From Octopus sinensis (taxonomy: Eukaryota): DNA of 64,000 nt. Shown in pieces: positions 38,251 through 50,943 of the stretch. Location of the stretch: NCBI RefSeq assembly GCF_006345805.1, contig NC_043006.1, forward strand, positions 81,592,001 to 81,656,000, written 5' to 3'. Both the position numbers and the translations under genes were made by a program. The notes below the pieces were generated by a model, which was not told the origin of the DNA, did not search any database, and saw only the letters and a list, made by a program, of their open reading frames with translations. Each line of letters starts with the position of its first letter. Positions within the stretch are counted from its first letter, which is position 1.

Positions 38251-41200
38251 GCTTTACACCTATGATATTAAAAAAAACCCAGAATATCTCCCAAAATATA
38301 ATACGTAAAGAAAATGTAGTATATTTACTATAAATTACTTTACAGCAGAATCAGATATTTCTGTGACTATTTACCTCGTCAGTCTCTGTTGATGTGAAGG
38401 CAGTTACTCATTTAGCTACACAATGGTAATTGTTAACAGCATGAATGGTTTCTATATAAGTCAACCAGGAACTTTCAAAGGGACAAAGTAAACAGTAAAC
38501 CAACAAAAAATGAATACTAAACTAGGAAAAAATTAACACTGAACCAACAAAAAATGGTAATTGCCTTAGCAATATATTTAGAATATTCTACTAGTGGAAT
38601 TGATTCGAAGAACTCAAATACATACCATGGGTGGGTTGGGGGTGACTATGTAGCAGTTAGAATGCAGATGAACCGGACATAGTTCAGCTGTGTGATATAT
38701 CTAATTGCTGAGAGTACATCTGACTTATTCCTTCGTAGATTCTATATATATCCAGTTTCATTCTAAGGCATATGGTCGATACGATGGTATGGTAGAAGAC
38801 GAATGGGTCACGATGCTGCATTGTAGGATCGACATCAATCGACTGTTAAGCAAGCTTCTTAGCTTTCAGGCATTTATTATTGTACATATAAATATTTACA
38901 TTCTAATACCATCATGACAATAATTCTAATACGTATACACACACACGTACACACATATATACATGTATGTATGCATGTATACATACATACATACACATGC
39001 ATTTGCAGGTGGAGCCCAGTTAGAATTTTCTTCAGTTTGTGTAGCCCATCCCGCTCAAAAGGTCCTTGAATAAGAACGTTTAAGGATGATGAACGAAACA
39101 CCTATATTTCCAGAGGTGAATTATTCAAACTCCAAATAATCCATCTCAACGCATGGCTATGATGCTCTCCTTCTACTTTTGCTCCTGATCAGAGATGTAC
39201 TTATCGTCGGCCATTAAGTGACATGCTCAACTGGTTAAGGTCAAGCAACCGCAAAGTAAATCTGTAGTATTGAGTAGAATATTTGTTGTAGCCCATGTTT
39301 TACACGAGATCAAAATACGTTCATGATAATACTTCAGTTAAGATCAGAAGCCATGAAAGCCGTATGTATGTATGTATGTATGTATGTATGTATGTATGTA
39401 TGTATGTATGTATGTATGTATGTATGTATGTATGTATGTATGTATGTATGTATGAATGTTTGTACGAATGTTTGTATGTATGTATGTATGTATGTATGTA
39501 TGTATGTATGTATGTATGTATGTATGCATGAATATAAATTAACAGATATCAGTTGAAGGATCGTAGAATAATTTTAATCCCACTTCACTTGGCAGTGAGC
39601 TGACTCTACCACAGTATCTATTTCGAAATCTTTATACTACGATTTCAAATCCCACCAGAATCAACCTTACCTTTGAATGCTTATTAGACTAATTAAATCA
39701 ATACGTGCAAACACTATGATCAGTCGAAATGACTGCCCGACATCTCCTCAACTACTAGATTCGTGTCTAACAAAGAAAACAATTAGAGCGTACAATTAAG
39801 CACTGAAGTGCTTCCCAATTGTCACAGTATACTAAGAGAATGAGTATGTTCATATAATTGCCAATAGAATTATAAATAATTATGTGATGTTAATGAATGA
39901 CTGTAGAGTGTCGTGTTTGCATCCGTCTTAACTTCGTAAGTTTCGATGTTTAGAGTATAGAATACAGTTAGCCGTCACTCACAAGCGAATATAGTTTGGA
40001 AACATCTATACTTTCGCTAACTTCTTTTAGTGCTTATATATTAGTATATATATATATTAGTCAGCAGACACAAGCATCCTGTCGGTCCACTTTGAGCCAG
40101 AATGTAACGGGTGGAAGGAGAGAAGGTTGTACCAGCAGCCCAGCCGTTATTACAGTTAAGCAGATTGGGGCAACGTGAAATGGAAGTGCCCTTGCACGAG
40201 ATCACAACGCACCACCCTGTTCAGGAATTGAACTCTAACTAATAAGTCACAATTATCGACGTATATTTGAATGAATGTACCCAATGAGTATCAAAGATAT
40301 TTTGCTTCATTCTAGCACCAAATATTAAAGTTGAATTCGACATCGATGATCGATGTAATTCGAACTTGGCAAGTAGAGATAGCATGTTAAATACGATAAG
40401 GAATTTTGTTCGGTGGTTTCTGTGTTGCTGTGAAATCGTCAATTACTGCTTGTAGCAAAATATTGATTACTTTTTCAGTTCTAGGTTGATTTTGAAATGA
40501 TAGCATAATAACGAGATATTGAAAATTAATAAAATTATTCAACACCCACGTATGTATGCGCATGTATCTTTCTCAGAAAAATCTCTCTAACTCTTCAAAG
40601 TCGATTGAATAACATTCATATCTATAATACTAAAAAAATGGCATTTATGCTTTATGGATAAAACATATTTTCCAGTTCAGGGACTTGCTTTCATTCGGAA
40701 GCATGAAACAGATTGTGCGTCATATTTTAATTAAGAATCTTAATGTGGAAGCACAGCTTAAATATTTACAAGTAATCTCTTGTGAATACGCAAACATTGT
40801 TCATTATGAATGCGGATATCCTTTAGGAAATGCGAATACTTAGAGATACGTATATATGAAACATAGAAATAGCATGCAATATCTATAATTCATATGCTAC
40901 ATCACAGCTGATGAATGACAAAAAAATCAACAACATATCTTGCAAAAACTATTCTGCATATCAGTATCAATATAACAGTGATTTCTGACTTTGGTAGAAG
41001 AGCATAAATTTCGGAGAGATAGAGCATTGAATTTGATTGTTCTTGAGAATATATGCCTGGTACTTGTTCTGTGGACCCTGGTAGAACGTAGAAAGAAATA
41101 GACGTAAGTACATGTTACATGGCACTCTGCCGTTTCTGCCACTCCACTGTACTTGGCAATTCTAAAACAATGTTCTGAATAATAGCAAATGGATTGCATA

Positions 41201-42378
41201 GTAATTGCGAATCTATTACAGTAGCGAGCAGGTCAGAAAGAACAGATGCTTATTATAGAGGCATGATTGCTGTGGCAGCGAGCAGAATCTGAAGTGCAGA
41301 TTGTTTTGTAGTAGTGCGTTTGTTGTCTTAGCAACTATCAATAAGGTAGAGGAAAATATCATGTTACTAGTTTGTGAAGGAGAGATTAAAAAACGTTATA
41401 AATGCATTTGTTAATGTCAATCCTTGTTTTCTATAACGAAATGGAAATCAGAGAAGCGCATGAGAGCAAGAGTCTGTCTTATACTCGAAGCAGTTTCAAT
41501 GATCAATTGAAACCATTTCACTCACGCAGGTAATGTCCTTAGAAATAACCTGAACTTTAAAATTCCTTACGTTCTTCCTGGCATTAAATACATGCTACTG
41601 TGCTTCGTCAAAAGAAACAAACAGTTAATTTTTTAACCAAAATATTTTTCGAGTGAGTAGAAAACCAAATGAGAATTTGTTTAAATAAGTGTGGTGTGAC
41701 ATATCAGATATATTGAACAGAGTAGGATACCGCTTTGAACATACAAACGTGGAGCGGTATAGATGTAATATTTTGTTTCAGCGGAACATTCTCAAGAGGT
41801 TTATCTGTTTCTAGCACAGGGCTTTGCTCAGAACATCGGTGGATCGCCAGGCATGGTGTTTTGATCTGATGTGGTCTCTCCAAGGACGAATGTCCAGGAT
41901 ATTTTGAACTAACTCGAATATAGTTGTCTGAATATAAACATCGGTTAACATACATTTCCAGATTTGTACAAAAGTAAACCAATTTAGAATTAAACTACAT
42001 ACGTCTATGAAACAGTTTTAGATTAAAATGCCGGTATGTGAAACATTTATGGCTATACACACGTAGAATGGCACTGGCTGTAGTATATTATATCATAAAA
42101 ACAACTCAAAGACTTATAATAAATTAAATTACCTTCGTAAAGAAAGAAAAAAGCCATTAACGTTTACGTTTATGACAATTCTTGTCAAAGAAGGGAAGAA
42201 TTCAAGAATTTAATTTCATGTAATAGACAAATTTAGACAAATTAAATTTAAATGTTGAAGTGAATCTAACGGTTTTGTGTGTTTCTTAAATGGCTTATAA
42301 ACACCTTCCACGCTACAATTGTTTTCGTTCCAGCACACGATCTCAGATCAAATCACTCACTATGCAAGTACATCTCCG

Positions 42379-42433
<55 letters not shown>

Positions 42434-42580
42434 TATATACATATATATTAATAAAAGGAATTCCAACCTTGTCTGATTTTCACGTTTTATTTATAATCTT
42501 ATAATGCTATAATATAATATAATATAATATAATATAATATAATAAAATAAAATAATAGAATGTTAAATGTTCATTCTGAT

Positions 42581-42625
42581 TGAACTAGTACTTTCATGCA
42601 TTAAATTCTGCAATCTTCGGGTTCA
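42581..42625 (-). ncRNA. Hammerhead copy in left arm with core mutation (CCGAAGA)
   Basis: Reverse complement of the right-arm motif except U4C and a 1-nt loop indel. Confidence 0.5.
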
Positions 42626-42702
42626 TGTAGTAGTGGTGACAGTCATGCTTCACAATTTTTGACTGTCAAAAATTGTGAAGCATGACTGTCACCACTACTA
42701 CA

Positions 42703-42746
42703 TGAACCTGAAGATTGCAGAATTAATGCATGAAAGTACTAGTTCA
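42703..42746 (+). ncRNA. Minimal type I hammerhead ribozyme, CUA site
   Basis: TGAAC-CTGAAGA-T TGCA GAATTAA TGCA T-GAA-AGTACT-A-GTTCA: 5-bp stem I, canonical core, palindromic stem III; U.U mismatch at base of stem II. Confidence 0.7.
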
Positions 42747-42921
42747 ATCAGAATGAACATTTAACATTCTATTATTTTATTTTATTATATTATATTATAT
42801 TATATTATATTATATTATAGCATTATAAGATTATAAATAAAACGTGAAAATCAGACAAGGTTGAAATTCCTTTTATTAATATATTCTTCTATACACAATC
42901 ACACACACCCGTATATATATC

Positions 42922-43017
<96 letters not shown>

Positions 43018-43996
43018 AAGAAAGAAAGAGAGAGAGAGACATATATATGTGATGAAAAGAATAGCAAAAGTAACAAACAGTGTGTGTATATATAGATATT
43101 TAGTTGTGCGCATATGTGTATGTTGATATATATACATGTGTGTGTGTGTGTGTACGCGTACACATAAAAATATATATTGGCTTTTCTTTACGACGTCAAG
43201 GGTGGTTTGGTAATTCTATAAACTCATTGTCTATATCATGTTAGTTTTGCTTCCTCAAAGCTTTCCGCCATAGACAGATATACTTTACAATGACCCTTCC
43301 ATTGTATTCGAACATCTATTTAGAAGCAAGAAGAGCAAGTACGAAACGTTCTTGCTCACCGACTTGGTTGAATGCTTGCATATAATACCAATATATTGCG
43401 CGCTTAGAAAATATTCGCCAACATTGTTACATTCATATATTATTGCAATCCAATGTTTTTGTTTTTTTTTTCTAAGGCTGGTTATAGAAACTCGATATTC
43501 TACGTACAGCTAGTGCAGCGAAGTTTAACTGGTCTAATTAATAATATTAGTTATGGTCGGCCGTCCAAGAATATATCTAGTGGCGAATGGTAAGAGCATG
43601 CTGCGTAAACGTTAAACAAAGTTGCCCTGTTTCTTTGCTTTTCTGCCCTTGTTTTAGTTTCATTGCACTTATTTTTATGCTTTTAATTTTTTTTGTTTTT
43701 AAATATTACCAGAAAATGAAAGGCAACGTTAATCAATAATTGTATTGATATATTATTCAATTAGATTTCTTTCTATCAATGAAATCTCTCGGTTGATTGG
43801 TTGTTTGACTCTATGGCAAGGGAGAGAATCATCTTTCCAGAATCCATATTATTAATATTTTTTTCCGGTAGTGAAAGGAATTAAAAATATCGCTATAGAT
43901 TTACAAACAATAAAGGCGAATTTATCTATATATCTTTTTCCATTACTTCTCTCTCTCATACATACATACATACATTTTAAAATTTATTTATACGGC

Positions 43997-44140
43997 CACC
44001 CCTCCACCCCCTGCCGGAGGCTCGTGGAGCTTTATGTGTTTTCGCACAATACACACACACAACGCCCGGTCTGGGAATCGAAACTGCGATTCTCCGACCG
44101 CCAGTTCGCTGCCCTAACCACTGGGCCATTGCCCCTCCAC
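43997..44140 (-). mobile_element. SINE family C, head only
   Basis: Reverse-complement homology to 24121-24260. Confidence 0.8.
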
Positions 44141-44254
44141 GTTCATTCATACATACATGCATGTATACATACATGCATGTATACATACATGCATGTATAC
44201 ATACATACATACATACATACATACATACATACAGGACAGACAGACAGACAGACA

Positions 44255-44630
44255 GACAGAGAAACTGTGTGCAGTTGCGGAAATAAGCTGCTCAGTGGAT
44301 GTTAGCTTGAAGCTAAAAAGATCTGTGAACAAGAGAATACCTACGCTGGACTATTGGGAAATGTGCAGTTACTCTCAAGAGTTCAAGTTCAGGTTTGTAC
44401 CTGTAATTATTAGAGCACTGGGATATGTAACATGCTGCCTAAATACCAATCTTGAGAAATTTCCCTCCTCAAAACCAGAAAGGAGAAAGCTGGTTCGAAG
44501 ACTACAGATCCAAACCATCACTGGAATTGCAACAATCTGAAAAATGAATTCCAGAAGTTTATCATTTAAGCATATATGAGCATGTTTAGATATGCAACTA
44601 TATGCATGAGAATACATACATAAAACAAAG
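44255..44630 (+). mobile_element. R4/Dong-like (RLE-type) non-LTR retrotransposon 3' fragment
   Basis: EKLCAVAEISC ... FKFRFVPVIIRALGYV ... KLVRRLQIQTITG resembles the restriction-like endonuclease C-terminus; flanked by (TACA)n on both sides. Confidence 0.7.
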
Positions 44631-44884
44631 TATACAAATCTATACACATACATACATACATACCTACATACATATATATATACACATACATACATACATA
44701 CATACATACATACATACATACATACATACATACATAAACGTAGGGAATCTCCCGTACTCTTTCAGTCACCGGAGTGGTGCCTCTGCTGTATTCCAGTGCC
44801 TGCAATTTTACTTTGTAAGACGATAGGATATGATTGTCTTATTATGATTATATTTTGAAACTTCATACATTTATATTTTTCATC

Positions 44885-45451
44885 TGTTACTTCAGTCAGT
44901 CATTAGACTGCAGCCATGCTGGAGCACTGCCTTACAGAATCGACCACGGTACTTTTTCCTTAACTTTGGTACCTATTCTATCGGTTCCTTGTGCCGGACC
45001 GCTAATTTACGGGGACGTAAACGCACCAACACCAGTTTTCAAACAATGCTACGTACACAAACACAGACACAGACATACACACATACACATACATGCATAC
45101 ACGTAGATATATATGTGTGTAGATGTGTGTGTGTGTGTGTGTGGAGGTGCAATGGCCCAGTGGTTAGGGCAGCGGACTCGCGGTCGGAGTATCACGGTTT
45201 CGATTCCCCGACCGGGTGTTGTGTGAGTTTATTGAGCGAAAATACCTAAAAGCTCCACGAGGCTCCCGCAGAGAGTGGTGGCGACCCCTGTTGTACTCTT
45301 TCACCACAACTTTCTCTCACTCTCTCTTCCTGTTTCTTGAGTAACGCTGTGATGGACTGGTGTACCGTCGAGCTGGGGGGAACACATACGCCACAGACAC
45401 CGGGAATCCGGGTCCATGAGCCTGACTAGGCTTGAAAAGGACGAGAAAAAA

Positions 45452-45524
<73 letters not shown>

Positions 45525-45690
45525 TGTGTGTGTGTGTGCATACGGCGGGCTTCCACTCTGTTTCCGCCAACCAAATTCACTAACAAGTCATTTGTCGGCC
45601 CGGCGCTATCATACAAGACACTCGCTTCAGGCGCAGTGCACTGGAACTGTAATCGAAACAACGTGGCTGTAAAGCGAGTTTCTTAACTAC
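44885..45690 (-). mobile_element. SINE family A split by a family C insertion
   Basis: Tail half 44885-45050 and head 45540-45690, both on the minus strand. Confidence 0.6.
45142..45440 (+). mobile_element. SINE family C (tail type 3)
   Basis: Shared head and body, then a different tail GTGATGGACTGGTGTACCGTCGAGCTGGGGGG... Confidence 0.85.
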
Positions 45691-46236
45691 ATCTACAACC
45701 ATATCAAGATATGATTCGTTTACATACTTACAAGAAAAAATATATAAGTGTTAGAAGTATTAAAAAGCAACAGACACACACGCGTACGAGAAATAAATCG
45801 ATCCTTAATCGATAGCTTGTATTAAAATATGCTGCTATCATACGTCACCTGGTTATTAGTTATTTGCTTAGCACCTGATTGTTTGTGTTTACTAACTTCC
45901 CCGGAGAGAAACTACCGACTAGTCTTTTATGTTCGTTGATTTCGACCGCGTTGTAAGTCATCCATCAGCTTTTGTACCACACCTTTTAACAAGACATGGT
46001 CGAGTAATGAGAAATAGAAATATGGTTATAAAGTATTGAACGAAAACATGTGGCTGCTGTACACTATGCAATATCAAAGACCGATCGGAAATATTTTTCT
46101 TAATACCTCACCACTTAATTTCACATTCATGTACATGCACATGGCGTTTACTAAGTAATAAATGTTGAGGAGAATGTCAGTATGTTCAGTCTATATACCT
46201 ACATAAACATCACTGATTTATGTAATATAATATCTC

Positions 46237-46654
46237 TTACTCTTTTACTCTTTTACTTGTTTCAGTCATTCGACTGCGGCCATGCTGGAGCACCGCCTTT
46301 AGTCGAGCAAATCGACCCCGGGACTTATTCTTTGTAAGCCCAGTACATATCCTATCGGTCTCTTTTGCCGAACCGCTAAGTGACGGAGACGTAAACACAC
46401 CAGCATCGGTTGTCAAGCAATGTTAGGGGGACAAACACAGACACACAAATATATACACATATATACATATTTATATATATACATATATACGACAGGCTTC
46501 TTTCAGTTTCCGTCTACCAAATCCACTCACAAGGCATTGGTCGGCCCGAGGCTATAGCAGAAGACACTTGCTCAAGATACCACGCAGTGGGACTGAACCC
46601 GGAACCATGTGGTTGGTAAGCAAGCTACTTACCACATAGGCGCTCCTGCGCCTA
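46237..46654 (-). mobile_element. SINE family A, full length
   Basis: Reverse-complement head to tail. Confidence 0.9.
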
Positions 46655-46684
46655 TGATATACTATAATTAATATTATATAATAC

Positions 46685-46727
<43 letters not shown>

Positions 46728-46755
46728 ATATAATACATCATATATATATATATAT

Positions 46756-46790
<35 letters not shown>

Positions 46791-46965
46791 ACACAATATA
46801 TATGTATATATATGTACGTACGAATATATATATATATATATATTGGAAGGTTTGGAGATGATATACAGGTATTATATATTAGAAGAAATGAGGTAATCAG
46901 AAGATCGGATGGTTTGTATTTACAGATATTTATTTATATATTACATTTTTTACATATATATCATA

Positions 46966-48255
46966 CGAGGGACGTTCAATAAGTAATGCTTCTGACCCAC
47001 TTGCAACTATTTGATCTAGCTGAAATTTTACATGTGCAATTATTTATATCTCAATAGATTAAATAGTAAATTACAGCACTGAACTCATTGTGGTTTCTGA
47101 TTTACAGGTGTTTGAATTGAGTCAAGTGTGAAACGGAGCCTGTTGAGTGTCGAGCAGTGATGCGGTTTTTGTATTTGAAAGGACGCACACCACGGGAGAC
47201 TTTTGATGAAATAAAAGTAACTTAAGGTGATGATGCCCCATCATATGACCTTGTAAAACGCTGGCATCGTGAATTCAAACATGGTCGGAACTTTGTGGAA
47301 ACAGCTCCCAGATCTGGTCGCCCCCTTCTGCCATTGATGAGGCATCTGTCGTGAAGTGAGTTGAGGTTGCCATTTTGGAAGATCGACGCATAACTATTCG
47401 CCAAATAGCCCATGAGGTCAAGATTAGTACCGGGTCTGTGGAAACTATCATTCATGACCATTTGCATATGCAAAAGGTGTCTGCCAGATGGATTCCCAGG
47501 CTGCTCACACGTTTCCAGAAACAAGAACGCGTCCATTGCGCGAGGATGAATTTGAAGATGTGCCAAGAAGATGAGTCAAAATTTTTCAAAAGACTGATTA
47601 CCAGGATGAAACCTGGGTCCATCACTATGATCCAGAGACCAAAGCCCAGTCAATGCAGTGGAAGCACAGTGACTCACCTCCTCCAAAGAAGGCAAGGGTG
47701 CAGCCCTCCGCTGGCAAGGTCGTGCTCACAGTCTTCTGGGACCAGGACGGAGTAGTGATGACAGATTTCCTGGCAAAGGGTGCCACAATTACAGGAGTCT
47801 ATTATGCTTCACTTTTGAGGAAATTAAGAGAAGCTATCAAAATCAAGAGGCGGGGCAAGATCAGCAAAGGCATCCTCCTCCTGCAGGACAACGCTCCGAT
47901 CCACAACTCGCGTGTCGCCAGATCAGAAGCACAGGCGAGTGGCTATGAACTCATTCCCCATCCCCCCTACTCTCCTGACCTGCACCCTCTGATTTTCACC
48001 TCTTCTCAGCCATGAAGTTGTTTTTGAAAGGAAAGCGTTTCCCAGATGATGCAGCCTTGATTTCTGAAGTCACGTCGTGGTTGGAGGACCAAGCTGGGGT
48101 CTTCTACAAAAACGGTCTTCAGAGCTGCATCAAACGGGAGAAATGCGTAACTCTGGGTGGTTCCTATGTAGAAAAAGACTAATAACTGTGTCAAGTTTCG
48201 TTGCACTACTGCTATGGGAAGTGGGTCAGGGGCATTACTTATTGAACGCCCTTCG
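46966..48255 (+). mobile_element. Full-length mariner DNA transposon (1290 bp)
   Basis: TIRs CGAGGGACGTTCAATAAGTAATGC / GCATTACTTATTGAACGCCCTTCG, TA duplication at 46964-65 and 48256-57. Confidence 0.95.
47133..48182 (+). pseudogene. Mariner transposase pseudogene
   Basis: HTH segment KRWHREFKHG, WIPRLL, LQDNAPIH, PYSPDL, C-terminus EKCVTLGGSYVEKD*; start mutated to ACG, internal stop and frameshifts. Confidence 0.92.
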
Positions 48256-48265
48256 TAACACTTAG

Positions 48266-48308
48266 TTCATTAGCGCTTTCTCCCATTCTAGTGGGGTTTT
48301 CAAATGAA
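48266..48308 (-). ncRNA. Minimal type I hammerhead ribozyme (left-arm copy)
   Basis: Exact reverse complement of 48415-48457. Confidence 0.68.
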
Positions 48309-48414
48309 AATAAGTTCCTTTGCTGGGGATTTTAATCATTTTATAGTTTCTGGTTCCTCCCCACCACAACCAGAAACTATAAAATGATGTAAATCCCCAG
48401 CAAAGGAACATATT

Positions 48415-48457
48415 TTCATTTGAAAACCCCACTAGAATGGGAGAAAGCGCTAATGAA
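48415..48457 (+). ncRNA. Minimal type I hammerhead ribozyme, U3-A8 variant, CUA site
   Basis: TTCAT-TTGAAAA-C CCCA CTAGAA TGGG A-GAA-AGCGCT-A-ATGAA: 5-bp stem I, palindromic stem III; C.A mismatch at base of stem II. Confidence 0.68.
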
Positions 48458-48554
48458 CTAAGTGATATTATATATATAAAAAATGTAATAATATATAAAT
48501 AAATATCTGTAAATACAAACCATCCGATCTTCTGATTACCTCATTTCTTCTAAT

Positions 48555-48604
<50 letters not shown>

Positions 48605-48611
<7 letters not shown>

Positions 48612-49130
48612 TACATAGTATATACAAATATATATAGCATCGAAATCAAAACATTACTTATCATCTGAGAAGATACAACAAGTTCCTATTATACAACCGT
48701 AACTTAATTTGAATTTAAATCCTGTAAACATGTGGATTATATGTTGTATCGAAACATGTGTAGTGGTTATAAACAGCTGTCGAATCGTACTCTCTCATTT
48801 TTTTTTACTGCATTTATCTTCCTTTACACAACACACACACCACACACACCACACACACATATAATATATATATATTATATATATATATATATATATACAT
48901 TCATATACATAGTATATACAAATATATATAGCATCGAAATCAAACATTTACTTATCATCTGAGAAGATACAACAAGTTCCTATTATACAACCGTAACTTA
49001 ATTTGAATTTAAATCCTGTAAACATGTGGATTTATGTTGTATCGAAACATGTGTAGTGGTTATTAAACAGCTGTCGAATCGTACTCTCTCATTTTTTTTA
49101 CTGCATATTATTTCCTTTACACACACACAC
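48605..49130. repeat. Tandem duplication, ~294-bp unit with hammerhead-like motif
   Basis: Two copies differing mainly by 1-nt indels; motif starts CTGAGAA at 48665 and 48959. Confidence 0.85.
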
Positions 49131-49148
49131 ACACACACCACACACACA

Positions 49149-49192
<44 letters not shown>

Positions 49193-49360
49193 ATACGTCT
49201 CGTATTATTGTCTGCGTTTTATTTGGTTGGACTCGACGGTTGAGTAGGTCACAGAATAAATATAGAGAATAAAACAAAAGAGGACAATTTGTTTATGACT
49301 AAATATCATATAAGAAAAAACTCTCCTATTGCGTTTCATTTTCTTCATACTCTCTCATGT

Positions 49361-49438
<78 letters not shown>

Positions 49439-49955
49439 AAACTATGTGTTATTTGCATAATACATATAGATATCTTTCACATATGTCATATCGCATGTCC
49501 TCATATATATGTGCGTGAGAGAGAGAGAGAGAGAGAGAGTGTGTGCATATATATATTGAGAAAAAAGGTCGCCAGAATTCTGGAAAAAAATCTTTTGATT
49601 TATTCATTATTATTAACGCTTTCGTTTGTTTCTCGAACCTATCAAATAGAATTTTGTGAATGTACAAACGACTTGTTCATTTATAGAAAGCAGATGTTTT
49701 TTTCCCGAGTTTTGTTTAGAAGAGGAGAACATTGTTTTTGTTTTTGGGGTGAGGTTCCATGCCAATGGAGACAGATAGAAAGATAGGTAGGTAGATAGGT
49801 TGATAGATAGATAGATAGAATGGTGAATAGGAAGGGGAAAACCCTTCTCCGCTCTCTCCCTCTCTCTCTCTATCTATCTATCTATCTATCTCATTGTCTG
49901 GCGACCTTTTTTCTCAGTATTCATATTTATACCACACGTAACACACACACACACA

Positions 49956-49991
<36 letters not shown>

Positions 49992-50014
49992 TATATTATA
50001 TTATATATATGTAC

Positions 50015-50059
<45 letters not shown>

Positions 50060-50271
50060 GTATGTATGTATGTTGACGTTGTATAATGAACATCTTTGTA
50101 TATACATATATGTATAGAATTAAGTGAAATTTCTAGTCCTTATATCGAGTGCCTTTCTCGCAAGATAATTACTTGAGACTTTTTAAACTTTTTGCGTGCC
50201 TTGTGTTTCACAAGCGATACACCCGACATATTTCTCTGGTGTCAAAACATCATATATGTTACATGTTACCA

Positions 50272-50940
50272 TTTTTTTTTCTGTTCAACCCCCTGAATAA
50301 CTTGGAACTTATTAAGGACCGCATTACATTATTCAGAAGGCATGAACGAGGGTAGCTAAACGTCTGAAAACAAGCATGGAAGTTTAGTACAAACACATGA
50401 AAATACTTGGTGAGGCAAATAGTTAAAGACTCGTACTTCTTCAAATATACGATAATTCGTTATCTCATTATCCTAATCTAAAATCCGACTGGACTCGAGT
50501 TCGTATTTCAGTAATCTGGTAATAATGAAACAAATATTAGTAGAGCACTAAGATAGGTTTCGTTAACTTACGTTATTCCAACAAAACTTCGATAACTATA
50601 TTTTTTTTCTGTTCAACCCCCTGAATAACTTGGAACTTATTAAAGGACCGCATTACATTATTCAGAAGGCATGAAACGAGGGCTAGCTAAACGTCTGAAA
50701 ACAAGCATGGAAGTTTAGTACAAACACATGAAAATACTTTGGTGAGGCAAATAGTTAAAGACTCGTACTTCTTCAAATATACGATAATTCGTTATCTCAT
50801 TATCCTAATCTAAAATCCGACTGGACTCGAGTTCGTATTTCAGTAATCTGGTAATAATGAAACAAATATTAGTAGAGCACTAAGATAGGTTTCGTTAACT
50901 TACGTTATTCCAACAAAACTTCGATAACTATATTTTTTTC
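50272..50940. repeat. Tandem duplication, 328/332-bp units (possible assembly artefact)
   Basis: The differences I could see are four single-base insertions in copy 2. Confidence 0.9.
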
Positions 50941-50943
50941 CTG

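Larger units (their letters stand above)
42443..42884. mobile_element. 442-bp palindromic foldback element with hammerhead motifs
   Basis: Near-perfect inverted repeat centred on T42664 (1-nt spacer); (TA)n at the left end. Confidence 0.8.
46876..48556. mobile_element. Foldback element with hammerhead ribozymes, interrupted by mariner
   Basis: Left arm 46876-46965 + 48258-48355, 12-nt loop, right arm 48368-48556 is the reverse complement. Confidence 0.8.

Noticed and set aside
38350-38400. Minus-strand CTGACGA…GAAA motif
   Set aside because: Stems I and II do not pair
39001-39360. Complex block between (TATG)n tracts, possibly a LINE 3' UTR
   Set aside because: No second copy, ORF or terminal signature within the window to support a call
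41411-41535. Candidate exon ending CAG|GTAATG
   Set aside because: Short open frame, no clear acceptor, no recognisable protein
42630-42700. Pre-miRNA hairpin at the palindrome centre
   Set aside because: Part of a 440-bp perfect foldback with a 1-nt loop; no mature miRNA recognised
50325-50370. Hammerhead relic TTCA-GAAGGC…GCT-AAACGTC-TGAA
   Set aside because: Most of the catalytic core and G12 are missing
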